Assembly (NCBI GenBank): GCA_965228735.1
Contig: OZ245838.1
Span: forward strand, 1,216,001 to 1,280,000
Source of the DNA: Planctomycetota bacterium
GTDB lineage: Bacteria > Planctomycetota > UBA1135 > UBA2386
Direction of reading: 5' to 3'
DNA length: 64,000 nucleotides
A program made the translations under genes and the position numbers. A model generated the notes under the pieces. It worked only from the letters and a program-made list of their open reading frames with translations, made no database searches and was not told where the DNA came from. Numbering within the stretch: the first letter of the stretch is position 1; each line of letters opens with the position of its first letter. Below, one piece after another: positions 1 to 10,269 of the stretch.

Positions 1-1296
1 CGTCGATTCGGCGTCGGCGATGCGCCGAATGCGCATCTCGATCGGCTTGCCTTTCGACCCCTCGATCCGCTCCCGCATGTCGTCCCAGGTCGACACCGAA
101 TCGCCGCCGATCGCTTCGACCAGGTCGCCGGACTGGATCCCGGCCAGCATCGCGGGCCGATCCGGGACGGGGCGGATTCGCATGCTCTCGTCGGCTCCGA
201 GCGCGACGAGATCGGCGAGTTGACCGCGCTGCTCCGGGGTGACGGCGGTAGCGAGCTCGACCTCGACGCCATTCCGTGCCACGCGCATCCGCAGCTCGGG
301 CGGTCCGACCTCGAAGGGTTCGAGGTCACCCGAAAGGAAGGTGGTGCCGTCGACGGCGAGGACGACGTCACCGCGCTCCAGCTTCAGTTGCCGAAGCCAA
401 TCCGAATCGCGCAGGCCAACGACCCGGCGCGGCAAGGATGTGATGCCAACCACGGCGGCCAGCGGGTCGAGCCGCTTCGGATCGCGAATCGTCGCAGTGA
501 CGAGGTCGTCGCCGCGGCGCACTTCCAGCTCGAGCGGTTCGCCGGTGTCCTCCGCCTCCACGACTTTCTCGGCCGCGTCGGTCGATCCATTGGCGCGAAC
601 GAGGACATCGCCGTCCTGGATCCCGGCGCGGGCAGCCGGGCCGCCCGCCTCGACCTTCGTGGCCTCGAAGTCGTGATAGCTCGCACCGACGCCGAGCTCG
701 AAGAGCCCGGATCGGCGATTGAACTGCGGCACGGCCACGACCGTCTGCCGCTCGCCGTCGCGTTCGATCGTGAGCTCGATGGGGCGCTGCCCGTGCAGCG
801 CGACCTCGACGCCGAGGTTCTCGAACGACCGGATCTCGCGGCCGTCGACCTCGAGCACGCGATCGCCGATCTGCAGCTCCGCTTCCCACGCGGCCGAGCC
901 GTGGCCGATGCGCCCGATGATCGGCGCGCTGAAGTCGACGCCGACGCCGAACACGATCGGGAAGATCAGCAGCGCGAGCAGCAGGTTCATGATGACGCCG
1001 CCCGACCAGAACAGCGCGCGCTGGCCGATCGACTTGGCGTAGAGCGACTCCTTGGCCGGATAGCGCCGGTCCGTCGGTTCGGCGCCCGCGACCATGACGT
1101 AGCCGCCGAACGGCACCAGGGACAACCGGAAGTCGGTGCCGCGCCACTGGAACCCGCAGAGCCGCGGCCCGAAGCCGAGTGAGAAGACCTCGACGCGCAC
1201 GCCGGCGAGCCGGGCCGCGATGAAGTGGCCGCCTTCGTGGACGAAGATCAGCAGTCCGATGCCGACGATCGCGATGAGGATGTTCAGGAAGTCCAT
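1..1296 (-). CDS. rseP: RIP/site-2 zinc metalloprotease RseP (partial, runs off the left edge)
   Basis: Read manually from the ATG at 1296: MDFLNILIAIVGIGLLIFVHEGGHFIAARLAGVRVEVFSLGFGP...PFGGYV...GGVIMN. It has the HExxH, FSLGFGP and PxGGYV motifs and lies directly downstream of dxr, the usual context. Confidence 0.93.
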   Translation of the reverse strand, partial: MDFLNILIAIVGIGLLIFVHEGGHFIAARLAGVRVEVFSLGFGPRLCGFQWRGTDFRLSLVPFGGYVMVAGAEPTDRRYPAKESLYAKSIGQRALFWSGGVIMNLLLALLIFPIVFGVGVDFSAPIIGRIGHGSAAWEAELQIGDRVLEVDGREIRSFENLGVEVALHGQRPIELTIERDGERQTVVAVPQFNRRSGLFELGVGASYHDFEATKVEAGGPAARAGIQDGDVLVRANGSTDAAEKVVEAEDTGEPLELEVRRGDDLVTATIRDPKRLDPLAAVVGITSLPRRVVGLRDSDWLRQLKLERGDVVLAVDGTTFLSGDLEPFEVGPPELRMRVARNGVEVELATAVTPEQRGQLADLVALGADESMRIRPVPDRPAMLAGIQSGDLVEAIGGDSVSTWDDMRERIEGSKGKPIEMRIRRIADAEST

Positions 1297-1327
1297 GCTG
1301 CGGGCCCCGCACGCGGCGGGGAGGGGG

Positions 1328-2491
1328 TCACCGAGAGGCGGTCTGGGTCAGGCGGGCGGCGGACTGCCGCCCCTCTGCATCGGCATTCTGCACGTCGGAG
1401 AGGGAGGTGATCGGCCGCGGCGCCCGCTCGGCGAGCACGGTGCGGCATATGTCGACGATCGCCGGGAACGGGATCGCGCCGTCGAGGAACGCCTGGGTCG
1501 CGATCTCGTCCGCGGCGTTGAGCCGCGCGCCGGTGTCACCGCCAGCGGCCATGACCTCGTAGGCGAGATCGACGGCCGGGTAGCGTTCGCGATCGCAGGG
1601 TTCGAACGTGAGCGACTGCCAGCGCGCGACGTCGAACGGTTCGAAGTCGAACGGCAACCGCTCGGGATAGGACAGGCAGTAGAGGATCGGCACGCGCATG
1701 TCGGGCACGCCGCACTGCGCCATGATCGAGCCGTCGACGAACTCGACCATGCTGTGGACGATGCTCTGGGGGTGGAGCACGACCTCGATCTGCTCGGCGG
1801 GCAGGCCGAACAGCCAATGCGCTTCGAGCACCTCGAACGCCTTGTTCATCATCGTCGCGCTGCCGATCGTGATGCGCGGGCCCATCTTCCACGTCGGATG
1901 GGCGAGCGCTTCCTCGCGCGTGACCTGATCGAACGTGCCGAGATCACGCGTCCGCAGCGGCCCGCCCGAACCGGTGAGGAGCACGCGCCGGACGGCCTTG
2001 CGGTCTTCCCCGTTGAGGCACTGGAAGACGGCGCAGTGCTCGCTGTCGACGGGCAGGATCGTGGCGCCGTTCTGCTGCGCGAGCGGCATCAGGTAGTCGC
2101 CCGCGACGACGAGCGACTCCTTGTTGGCGAGCGCGAGCGTGCGGCCCGTCCGCAACGTCCACTCCGACGCCGCGAGGCCGGCGGCACCCATGATGCCGTT
2201 GAGCACGGTGTCGGGCTGCGTGCGTTCGAGGGCGTCGAGCACGCCGGCGCTGCCCGCGAACCACTCGGTCCCGGCCGGCAGGTCGGGGCGGTCGTCCACG
2301 CCCGTGAGACACACGGCATCGGCGCCGTGCGTGGCGGCCTGCGCCGCGATCCCGGCGGCGCTGCGGTGGGCGGCAAGCAGCACGACGTCGAACCGGTCGC
2401 CATTCTGCGCGAGAATCTCGAGCGCCTGCGTCCCCACGGAACCCGTGGAGCCGAGAACCGCGATGCGACGTTTGCCCACGGGATCGATCAT
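1328..2491 (-). CDS. dxr: 1-deoxy-D-xylulose-5-phosphate reductoisomerase
   Basis: LGSTGSVG, LALANKESLV, PVDSEH, HPTWKMG, SATMMNK and HPQSIVHSMVEFVDGS motifs. It has NAADE in place of the usual NAANE. Confidence 0.97.
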   Translation of the reverse strand: MIDPVGKRRIAVLGSTGSVGTQALEILAQNGDRFDVVLLAAHRSAAGIAAQAATHGADAVCLTGVDDRPDLPAGTEWFAGSAGVLDALERTQPDTVLNGIMGAAGLAASEWTLRTGRTLALANKESLVVAGDYLMPLAQQNGATILPVDSEHCAVFQCLNGEDRKAVRRVLLTGSGGPLRTRDLGTFDQVTREEALAHPTWKMGPRITIGSATMMNKAFEVLEAHWLFGLPAEQIEVVLHPQSIVHSMVEFVDGSIMAQCGVPDMRVPILYCLSYPERLPFDFEPFDVARWQSLTFEPCDRERYPAVDLAYEVMAAGGDTGARLNAADEIATQAFLDGAIPFPAIVDICRTVLAERAPRPITSLSDVQNADAEGRQSAARLTQTASR

Positions 2492-2574
2492 GGGCCGGCC
2501 CGACCGATTTGCAACCGACCCGGACGGGTTCCTCGGTTGCCGCGGCGGCGCCAGGGCCCGATGATGGTTCGGAC

Positions 2575-3648
2575 ATGAGCGATGCCCCTTCGGCCTATCG
2601 ACGCGCTGGCGTCGACATCGACAAGAAGTATGCGGCGGTGACGGGCGCGGGCGACGCGATCCGGTCGACGTTCACCAAGGGCGTGCGCGGCGACGTCGGC
2701 GCGTTCGGCGGCGTGTTCGATCTCGCGGCCGTCGGCGCCGAGGGGCAGCTGCTCGTCGCGTCGACGGACGGTGTCGGCACCAAGGTCATGGTCGCGCAGA
2801 TGCGCGCGCGTGCTGCGGGCGAGGGAGCGGACGCGCAGGCCCTCGTCGGCTCGGTCGGCGAGGACCTCGTGAACCATTGCGTGAACGACATCCTCGTGCA
2901 GGGTGCGCGCCCGCTGTTCTTCCTCGACTACATCGCGATGTCCCAGATGCGGCCCGCGGAGGTCACGGCGATCATCGCCGGTCTCGCGAAGGCCTGCCGC
3001 GAGAACGACTGCGCGCTGCTCGGCGGCGAGACCGCGGAGATGCCCGGCGTCTACCGTGACGGCGAGGTCGACATCGCGGGCACGATCATCGGCGCCGTGC
3101 CGCGCGACCGCGTGCTCGACGGCAGCGCGATCGCCGTGGGGGACCGGCTCATCGGCCTCGAGAGCTCGGGCCTGCACACCAACGGCTATTCCCTGGCGCG
3201 CCAGGTGCTGTTCGCCGATTCGGGCTTCACCGTGAGCGACACGCCGGACGAGCTCTCGGGCCAGACCGTCGGCGACGCGCTGCTCGCTGTGCACCGCAGC
3301 TACCTGCGGCAGTGCCTGCCGCTGTGCGAACAGGGCCTGCTACGCGGGCTCGCCCACATCACGGGCGGCGGGCTGCCGGACAACCTGCCGCGCGTGCTGC
3401 CGGCCGGCACCGCGGCCAGGATCGATACGAGCGCGATCCCGCGGTCGCCGATCTGCGACCTCATCGTCGAGCGCGGTGGCGTGGCGCGCGAGGAGTCGTA
3501 CCGCGTGCTCAACATGGGCGTCGGCATGGTGCTCGTCGTTGCGAGTGAGAACGTCGACGCCGTGACGAAGTCGCTGGTCGATGCCGGTGAGGAGCCGTTC
3601 GCCCTTGGCGAGATCGTCGCCGGCGACAAGAAGGTGGAGCTCGCATGA
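2575..3648 (+). CDS. purM: Phosphoribosylformylglycinamidine cyclo-ligase (AIR synthetase)
   Basis: YRRAGVDID, STDGVGTK, PLFFLDY, GGETAEMPG, SSGLHTNGYSL, HITGGG and NMGVGM motifs. Start taken at ATG 2575. Confidence 0.97.
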   Translation: MSDAPSAYRRAGVDIDKKYAAVTGAGDAIRSTFTKGVRGDVGAFGGVFDLAAVGAEGQLLVASTDGVGTKVMVAQMRARAAGEGADAQALVGSVGEDLVNHCVNDILVQGARPLFFLDYIAMSQMRPAEVTAIIAGLAKACRENDCALLGGETAEMPGVYRDGEVDIAGTIIGAVPRDRVLDGSAIAVGDRLIGLESSGLHTNGYSLARQVLFADSGFTVSDTPDELSGQTVGDALLAVHRSYLRQCLPLCEQGLLRGLAHITGGGLPDNLPRVLPAGTAARIDTSAIPRSPICDLIVERGGVAREESYRVLNMGVGMVLVVASENVDAVTKSLVDAGEEPFALGEIVAGDKKVELA

Positions 3649-4646
3649 CGCCCCGGTCGAACGCGTTCGTGCTCGCTGTCCTCGTGCTGGCGGGGAACGC
3701 GATCGGGCAGATCGAGACCGAGCAGGATGCCGCCGATCGTTGGTATTCGGCTTACGCGAAATACCTCGAGGCCGACGACGCAGCGGCGCGGCGTGAGCAC
3801 GCGGTCGCTGCCAGCAACGTGTATCTGCAGCTTCCCGAGACGGGACGGCGCCTGGTCGTGGACGGCGGGCTCGAAGTCCTGCTCGCCGCCGGGCGCGATC
3901 GTGTCGCCCTCGAGATCGCCGAAGCCCTGGGCACGACTCGGCTGACGAAGGCGGCGCCGTCGCAGCTGCGGCTGTTCGCACGCACCGGCCAGCTGGAGCC
4001 GTTCCTCGCGCTCTTCGAACTCGTGCTCGCGGAAGAGGCCGAGCCAGGGCTTGGCGGGCTGCAGATCGTCGTGGCATCGACATGGTCGGTCTTGCGGGAC
4101 GAAGAACGCCACGTGCTGCCTCTCGCCGATCAGGCGCTTCGCACGGGCCGCACGAAGCTCGGCCGCGAGCTCTTCGAGCGCATGGCGCGGCTCGAGCCGC
4201 CCCAGGCCTACCGCTTCAGCAACCTCGCGCTCTGCCTCCGCAACCTCGGCGACATCGAGGGTGCGAAGCAGGCCTACGACCGCGCACTCGAACTCCAGCC
4301 CGGCGACGCGCAGACGCTCAACGATCTCGGCCTGCTGCAGCGTGCAACGGGCGACACCGCAGCTGCGCTGAGGACGTTCCGCAAGAGCTACGCGCAGGAC
4401 ACCGCGGTCCCGGGCGGCCAGGCCGGGCAGGGCCCCGCCGTGACCAACCTGCTCTACCACGTGGCCATGGGGGAGCCTGACGTGCCCGTCGGCGCCCCGG
4501 ATCCGCTCGTTCTCGCCAGCAAAGCCCTCGCCGTTCGGCCCGAGGCGCGAATGCTGGGGCGCCTGACGATCGACGTCACCCTCGATCGGATCACCGCTTC
4601 CCGAACCGGCAAGGGCACGGGCCCGGGTTCGGCGCGGGATCGGTAG
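3645..4646 (+). CDS. Secreted tetratricopeptide-repeat protein
   Basis: Hydrophobic N-terminal signal, then TPR-like segments (FSNLALCLRNLGDIEGAKQAYDRALELQPGDAQTLNDLG). ATGA overlap with purM. Confidence 0.8.
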   Translation: MTPRSNAFVLAVLVLAGNAIGQIETEQDAADRWYSAYAKYLEADDAAARREHAVAASNVYLQLPETGRRLVVDGGLEVLLAAGRDRVALEIAEALGTTRLTKAAPSQLRLFARTGQLEPFLALFELVLAEEAEPGLGGLQIVVASTWSVLRDEERHVLPLADQALRTGRTKLGRELFERMARLEPPQAYRFSNLALCLRNLGDIEGAKQAYDRALELQPGDAQTLNDLGLLQRATGDTAAALRTFRKSYAQDTAVPGGQAGQGPAVTNLLYHVAMGEPDVPVGAPDPLVLASKALAVRPEARMLGRLTIDVTLDRITASRTGKGTGPGSARDR

Positions 4647-4756
4647 CCAACCCTGACGCGATCCGCTACTTTGGGGTCTCGCACGGGGCGCGCCGCCGCC
4701 CTATTCGACCCCTCTCACGATTTCTCCCGCGACCCGCACTCAACCGCGAGGCATCG

Positions 4757-6178
4757 ATGTTCGTACTGGCCACTCTGACCGCCACCTCCCTCACCTTCCT
4801 GGCGCCGACGCCGGCGCCGCTGCCGCAGGACCCGCAGGGCGAAGAGCAGACGATCCTGGACAAGTCGTCGCTCAACAGCCTGAACAAGAAGCTGCGCGAC
4901 TACCTGACGGCGCAGGCGGTCTACAACCAGGCCGAGGAAGCGCGGGATCGCGAGAAGGCCGCGAAGAAGCGCGAGGACGCGAAGGACAAGTTCCGCAAGG
5001 ATTGGGACAACAAGTCGAAGAAGGGCAACCTGCTCGCCTCGATGCCCGACCTGCGCGCGATCTACACCAACTGCTTCGCGCTCGATCGCCCGAAGAAGTC
5101 CGGTGGCACGACCCACAAGATGGAGGTCGAGTTCAGCGAGACGACGAAGTTCGAATACGCGATCCGGATCCCGCGCAAGTACAAGCCGTCCGATCCTACT
5201 CGCACCGTGATCCTGCTCCCGGGGCTCAAGGATCCGAAGGCGACGAGCTCGTGGATCGAGCCGCGCGCCTACCTCGACCAGGCGTTCCCGAAGAAGTCGG
5301 CAGCGCTCGAGAACACGATCTTCCACGTGCCGCTGCTGCCCGAGGGTCTCGACATGGACCCGGCACCGGACTTCAGCCGTGACGGCCAGGAGGCGCGCGA
5401 GGACCAGCGCATCGGTTCGATCTTCGGCTCGTTCGGCCAGACGATGGCGACGCTCAACGTCGACCGGCCGCGCGTCTTCCTCGACTGCGGCCGCGGCAAT
5501 TCGGCGTTCGGGCTGCGCTTCGTCTCGATGTTCCCCGATCGCTTCGCGGGCATCATCCTGCGTGACCCCACGGCCATCGAGGACATCCGCCTCGGCAGCC
5601 TCTCCGGCCTCCAGGTCGCGATGATCAAGACGGCCGACAACGGTGCCGTGGTCGACGCGCTCAAGGGCAAGCTCGAGGAGATCACGCCGGACTGCGTCAC
5701 GGTGATCGAGGCCAAGGGCGACTACCCGTTCGGGGGCAACGCCGACGAACTCGACGCCTGGATGAGCAAGCACCGCCGCAACATGACGCCGAAGAAGGTG
5801 ATCATCGAGCCGAACCACGACCGCTTCAACCGCGCCTACTGGGCGCGCATCGAGCGGATGAACCCGGTGCACGGTGTCGCCGCGTCCGATCGCCCGCGCT
5901 TCGAGGTCACCGCCGACAAGGAGAGCAACCGCATCGAGGTCAAGACGCAGGGCGTCGAGAGCTTCTCGTTGCTGCTCAACGACGATCTCGTCAACCTCGA
6001 CAAGGAGTTCACCGTCGTGATCAACGGCAATGCGACGACGGAAGAACAGCGGCGTGACCGCCGCGGGATGCAGCGCCGCATGCTCAACCGCCGCGACTGG
6101 GACTTCCTCTTCCCGGTGCAGTACGCGGCCACGGTGCCGAAGGAAGAGAAGAGCGGCACGGACAGCGGGTCCAAGTGA
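4757..6178 (+). CDS. Secreted alpha/beta-hydrolase-fold-like protein with a degenerate nucleophile elbow
   Basis: Signal peptide; YAIRIPRKYKPS..TVILLPG and VDRPRVFLDCGRGNS...MFPDRFAGII resemble secreted esterase/peptidase families. Strong coding-like codon usage. Confidence 0.6.
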   Translation: MFVLATLTATSLTFLAPTPAPLPQDPQGEEQTILDKSSLNSLNKKLRDYLTAQAVYNQAEEARDREKAAKKREDAKDKFRKDWDNKSKKGNLLASMPDLRAIYTNCFALDRPKKSGGTTHKMEVEFSETTKFEYAIRIPRKYKPSDPTRTVILLPGLKDPKATSSWIEPRAYLDQAFPKKSAALENTIFHVPLLPEGLDMDPAPDFSRDGQEAREDQRIGSIFGSFGQTMATLNVDRPRVFLDCGRGNSAFGLRFVSMFPDRFAGIILRDPTAIEDIRLGSLSGLQVAMIKTADNGAVVDALKGKLEEITPDCVTVIEAKGDYPFGGNADELDAWMSKHRRNMTPKKVIIEPNHDRFNRAYWARIERMNPVHGVAASDRPRFEVTADKESNRIEVKTQGVESFSLLLNDDLVNLDKEFTVVINGNATTEEQRRDRRGMQRRMLNRRDWDFLFPVQYAATVPKEEKSGTDSGSK

Positions 6179-8235
6179 CCGCAGCAGCTGCCGGTTCTGA
6201 CGGGAACCGGCCGGAAGGCGGGCCGCCCGACGACGGGATCCGCCTCGGACGCGGCGCCTTGGTAGCCGGCCTCGCGGGCTTCTCGCTCATGGCGGCGGAG
6301 CTGACCGCGGTTCGTCTGCAGGCGCCGTGGTTCGGCGACAGCGCCTACGTCTGGACGAACGTCATCGGCGTGATCCTCGCCGCGCTCGCCGGCGGCGCGG
6401 CGCTCGGCGGCATTCTGGCCGGTCGTGACGCGCCCGCGCGCACGCTGTATCGCGCCCTGCTCGGAGCCGGCGCACTGCTCGCGATTCTGCCGTTCCTCGC
6501 GCGACCGCTCGGCCAGTGGCTGCTGCCCGGCGATCTGCCGCTCGATGCGGCAATGGGGGGGATCGTCCGCGGGTCCCTCGTCGCGACCGCGCTGCTCTTC
6601 GGCCCGCCCATGGTGCTGATCGGCATGCTCGGGCCCTTGCTCGTCACCGCGCTGACCGTCAGCGGTGTCCCGGTCGGGCGGGCGGCCGGAACGACGTCGG
6701 GTGCCGGCACGCTCGGCAGCCTCGTGGGCACGTTCGCTGCGACGCACTGGCTCGTGCCGACGTTCGGCTCGCGAGCCACGATGACCGTGACCGGGGTGCT
6801 GCTCGGGCTCGCCGCCCTGGTCCTCGTGCTCGGCAAGGCCCGGCGCGCGCAGGCGATCGCCGCGAGCGGACTGCTGCTCGGGCTCCTGCTCGTCTCGCTG
6901 CACGGCGGGCCACTGCGCGCCGCTCCGGCGGGCCGAGAGCTGCTCGCGGAGCGCGAGACCTCGTACCAGCTGCTGCAGGTGGTGCGCGAACGACCCACCG
7001 ACGCGCCCGCCCGTACGTTGCTCCTCATCAACGAAGGCCTCGACTCGTTCCATTCGATCGACGTCGCGGACTCGGCGTTCACGGGCGCCTACTACGACTG
7101 GCATGCCGCGGCGCCGTTCTTCCGCGACGGCGCGGCGCTCGCCGACCTGCGGGTGCTGTCGATCGGGGACGCCGCCGGCTCGCTCCGCGAGGTCTACGCC
7201 CACGTGCATCCGAACGCGACCGTGGATGGCGTCGACATCGATCCGGTGACGATGGCGCTCGGCGACGAGTTCTTCGCGGCGACGCGGGCCCCCGGCCGGA
7301 GCTTCGCGATCGACGGCCGCGTGTTCGTCAACCTGGCGACGGATGCCGCGTGGGACGTGATCCACGTCGACGCCTACGCGAACCAGATCTACGTGCCCGC
7401 GCACCTCGCGAGCCGCGAATTCTTCGAGCAGGTGCACGCGCGGCTCGCGCCCGGCGGCGTGATCGCGCTCAACGTCGGCGCCCTGCGTTCGGACGATCCC
7501 GTGCTGCGCTCGGTCGGGACGACGCTCGCCGCCGTCTTCGGCCACGCTCGCGCTCTGCGCGTGCCCGCGAGTCGCAACTTCCTCGTGGTCGCGCGCCGCG
7601 ATCGGGCGTGGGACGTGCCGGCCATGACTGCGACCGGCACGAAGCTCACGGGCGACGATCTCGCGCAGTGGCAGTCGATCGTCAGCGCCGTGAGCAATGC
7701 CGCTGCGTGGCGCGATGTCAGCAGCGGCGGCATCGAACTCGTCGACGATCGGCCGGTCCTCGATGAGCTGATGATGCAGAGCTACGTCGCCACCGACGCG
7801 AGCGCCGCGATCGTACCGTGCGACGGCACCCGCGAACCGCACCAGGCCGAGCTGGACGTGCAGGCCGCCTATCAGGTGCGCGACTGGGTCGGGGTGATCG
7901 CTGCCGTGCGGTCCAGCAAGGCGCCGACGAGTTACCTGCGCTGGCTCGCGGGGAATGCACGGTGGTCGATGCGCGAGCTCGGCGCGGCAGCAGCCGAGTA
8001 CCGGGCCGCGATCGCCCTGACCGAGGACCCGGCCCAGTGCGAGAGCCTCGAACTGCAACTGGCAACGCTCGCGGATGAACGGGCCCCCAACGAGGGCGCC
8101 GCCGCGATCGCCGCCCGCAACGGCTGGCTCGCGGCCGCCGTGGTCCTGCTCGCGTTGGTCGGGGTCGCGATGCTCTACAGGATGTCGAGGATGCCGGCCC
8201 TGCCGTCGGTCAGCGTGCTCGTCGACGCCCGGTAG
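6175..8235 (+). CDS. Membrane protein fused to a spermidine-synthase/SAM-methyltransferase-like domain, with a C-terminal TPR-like segment and TM helix
   Basis: N-terminal multi-TM region (ELTAVRLQAPWFGDSAYVWTNVIGVIL; GTLGSLVGTF), then ETSYQ, VDIDP, DGRVF, DVIHVDAY, IYVPAHLASREFF and LAPGGV. GTGA overlap with the upstream gene. Confidence 0.85.
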   Translation: MTAAAAGSDGNRPEGGPPDDGIRLGRGALVAGLAGFSLMAAELTAVRLQAPWFGDSAYVWTNVIGVILAALAGGAALGGILAGRDAPARTLYRALLGAGALLAILPFLARPLGQWLLPGDLPLDAAMGGIVRGSLVATALLFGPPMVLIGMLGPLLVTALTVSGVPVGRAAGTTSGAGTLGSLVGTFAATHWLVPTFGSRATMTVTGVLLGLAALVLVLGKARRAQAIAASGLLLGLLLVSLHGGPLRAAPAGRELLAERETSYQLLQVVRERPTDAPARTLLLINEGLDSFHSIDVADSAFTGAYYDWHAAAPFFRDGAALADLRVLSIGDAAGSLREVYAHVHPNATVDGVDIDPVTMALGDEFFAATRAPGRSFAIDGRVFVNLATDAAWDVIHVDAYANQIYVPAHLASREFFEQVHARLAPGGVIALNVGALRSDDPVLRSVGTTLAAVFGHARALRVPASRNFLVVARRDRAWDVPAMTATGTKLTGDDLAQWQSIVSAVSNAAAWRDVSSGGIELVDDRPVLDELMMQSYVATDASAAIVPCDGTREPHQAELDVQAAYQVRDWVGVIAAVRSSKAPTSYLRWLAGNARWSMRELGAAAAEYRAAIALTEDPAQCESLELQLATLADERAPNEGAAAIAARNGWLAAAVVLLALVGVAMLYRMSRMPALPSVSVLVDAR

Positions 8236-10226
8236 TTGCACTCCGTGGCATACGCGGTGTTCCACGGCAGCACCCGCGGGTCGCAGACGCTGCCGAGGCC
8301 GACGATCGCGAAAGCCCGGGCGAGCGGCGTGACATCATCCCGCTCCAACAGCTCGAGCAGCGACGCGATCGACCGCCGATCACCGATCTGGCCGAGCGCA
8401 CTCGCCGCGGCCGCGAGCTGCGCGAGCGGCGGGTTCTCGGCGGTCAGCTCGGCACACAGCAGGTCGACGACCCGGGGGTCGCCGAGCAGGCCGAGCGCCT
8501 GCGCGCAATGGAACACGGTCGCCGCCCGCCGGCGCGATGACTTCAGGACGTCGCGGACGACCGGCGTCGCGAGATCGTCGCGCAACATGCCGAGAGCGAC
8601 CGCGAGATAGCCGGCGAGCCCGCGCTGGTGCTTGCGCTCTTCGAGCTCCCGGCGGATCGGATCCGCCGCGAAGTCGTCGCCGACCAGGGCGAGCGCCATC
8701 GCGAGCGCGGCCTTCGCGCTCGGGTTGCGAGCCGCGGCGAACGCCGAGCGGAGCCGTTCCGCGATCTCGGCATCGACCTGGTAGTTCGCGCCCTGCCGCA
8801 AGCGCTCGGGCGTGACGAGCGCGCCGAGAGCCAGGCCGACCCAGGGCAGCTCGAGGGCCTTGCCGGCGCGGTCGAGCTCGCGCAACAGAACGTCGCGCGC
8901 GACGGGGCCACCGATGCGCGCGATCGCGACGAGCGCGAACCGTCGGGTCTGCTCGTCCTTGTGATCGCGATAGACCTGCAGCAACAGTCGGCCGACCGGG
9001 TCGCTGTCGCCATCCTCGCCCCACGGCGGCGTCAGGCCGCCGAGGGCGAGGGCACAGGACTGCGCGATGTGCACGTTCGTCTTGCGCGCGCGCGACGAGC
9101 CGGCCAAGGAAGCACCGAGATCGGCCGCGAACCGGGCCCGGAAGCGCGCCGCCTCGCGGTCACCCGGTGCGACGAGGCGCGCGATGGCAGGCGGCACGTG
9201 CGCCTGCACGAGCTCCTGTCCGGGTCCGAGGTCGCGCCCGTAGTAGTCCGTGAGGGTGGTGAGGACTCGCTGCCGCAACTTCGCGTGCGCATGCGTTCGC
9301 GGCCCACGCGGCAGCAGCCCGAGCGCTTCGATCGCGGCGACCGGCAGGTCGAACCCCGCGTCCTCGCCGTGCAGCGCACGGACGAGCTCGTCGACGATTT
9401 CCGCCGCGTAGCCGGCGTTCGCGCTCTGCTGCAGCAGCAGCCCGAGACCGAAAACGGCGAACGAACGGGTCCGCAGGTTCACCGCGCGCTCGCCCGACAG
9501 TTCGCGGCCAGGAGCCGTGTCGTGCGCGAGCGCGCTCAGCGCCCCGAGCGTCGGGTCGTCGAGCTGGCCGGCGATGCCGAGAGCCAACGCGGCGGTCTCG
9601 CGGACCTCCTGCGTATGGGAGGCGAGGAACGGCAACACGACCTCGCGCAGTCGCCAGCCCTTGCCGTCGATCCCGATCTTCGCGAGCGCGATGAGCCCGG
9701 CCGAGGCCACGTCGCGGTTGTCGTCGTGACGCAGCGTCCGGACGATGCGATCCGCGACCCCGGCGCGGTCGGCCAGCGTCGGCAACTCGACGCGCTGCAT
9801 CCGAGCGGCGAGCCGCGGGTTGAGCAGCGCGTCCTCGGCCGCGATCGCCCGTCCGCCCCGCACGCTCTCGCGCAGCTGCAGGAACGGGTCCTTCCCGAAC
9901 TCCCACCAGAACTCCCACGCCGTCAGATCCGACGTCAGTTGGATGCCGCGACCCGCGGCCCCGGGGCCGATTCCGGCAGCAGCCCCCGACGTCGCGGTCG
10001 CGGCGGTCCCCCGCGATGCCTGCCCGGCCGCTGACGGTGTCGTCGAGCCGGGCCCGGAGCTGCCCGCGCCGCCGCCGAAACCGCCGCCGCCCGGGGCGTT
10101 GCCCGCGGCCGGCGGCACGACGCACCCGGGACCGCGATACTGGCCGCCGTGAGCGAACGCATTGGCGACCGGCCCGCAGCACGCCAGGGCACAGAGAACG
10201 AAGCTCGAGAACGTCAGTTGGGTCAT
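8175..10226 (-). CDS. Secreted HEAT-repeat (alpha-solenoid) protein, paralogue C
   Basis: Signal peptide ending ANAFA-HGGQYRGPG, Gly/Ala linker, WEFWWEFGKDP, repeated ALALG/LG.IG HEAT-like units and C-terminal GILDIL. Confidence 0.85.
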   Translation of the reverse strand: MTQLTFSSFVLCALACCGPVANAFAHGGQYRGPGCVVPPAAGNAPGGGGFGGGAGSSGPGSTTPSAAGQASRGTAATATSGAAAGIGPGAAGRGIQLTSDLTAWEFWWEFGKDPFLQLRESVRGGRAIAAEDALLNPRLAARMQRVELPTLADRAGVADRIVRTLRHDDNRDVASAGLIALAKIGIDGKGWRLREVVLPFLASHTQEVRETAALALGIAGQLDDPTLGALSALAHDTAPGRELSGERAVNLRTRSFAVFGLGLLLQQSANAGYAAEIVDELVRALHGEDAGFDLPVAAIEALGLLPRGPRTHAHAKLRQRVLTTLTDYYGRDLGPGQELVQAHVPPAIARLVAPGDREAARFRARFAADLGASLAGSSRARKTNVHIAQSCALALGGLTPPWGEDGDSDPVGRLLLQVYRDHKDEQTRRFALVAIARIGGPVARDVLLRELDRAGKALELPWVGLALGALVTPERLRQGANYQVDAEIAERLRSAFAAARNPSAKAALAMALALVGDDFAADPIRRELEERKHQRGLAGYLAVALGMLRDDLATPVVRDVLKSSRRRAATVFHCAQALGLLGDPRVVDLLCAELTAENPPLAQLAAAASALGQIGDRRSIASLLELLERDDVTPLARAFAIVGLGSVCDPRVLPWNTAYATECNYRASTSTLTDGRAGILDIL

Positions 10227-10269
10227 GCGGGTCAGGTCTGGCAGTAGGCGGGAGAGCGGCTTCCGTGGG

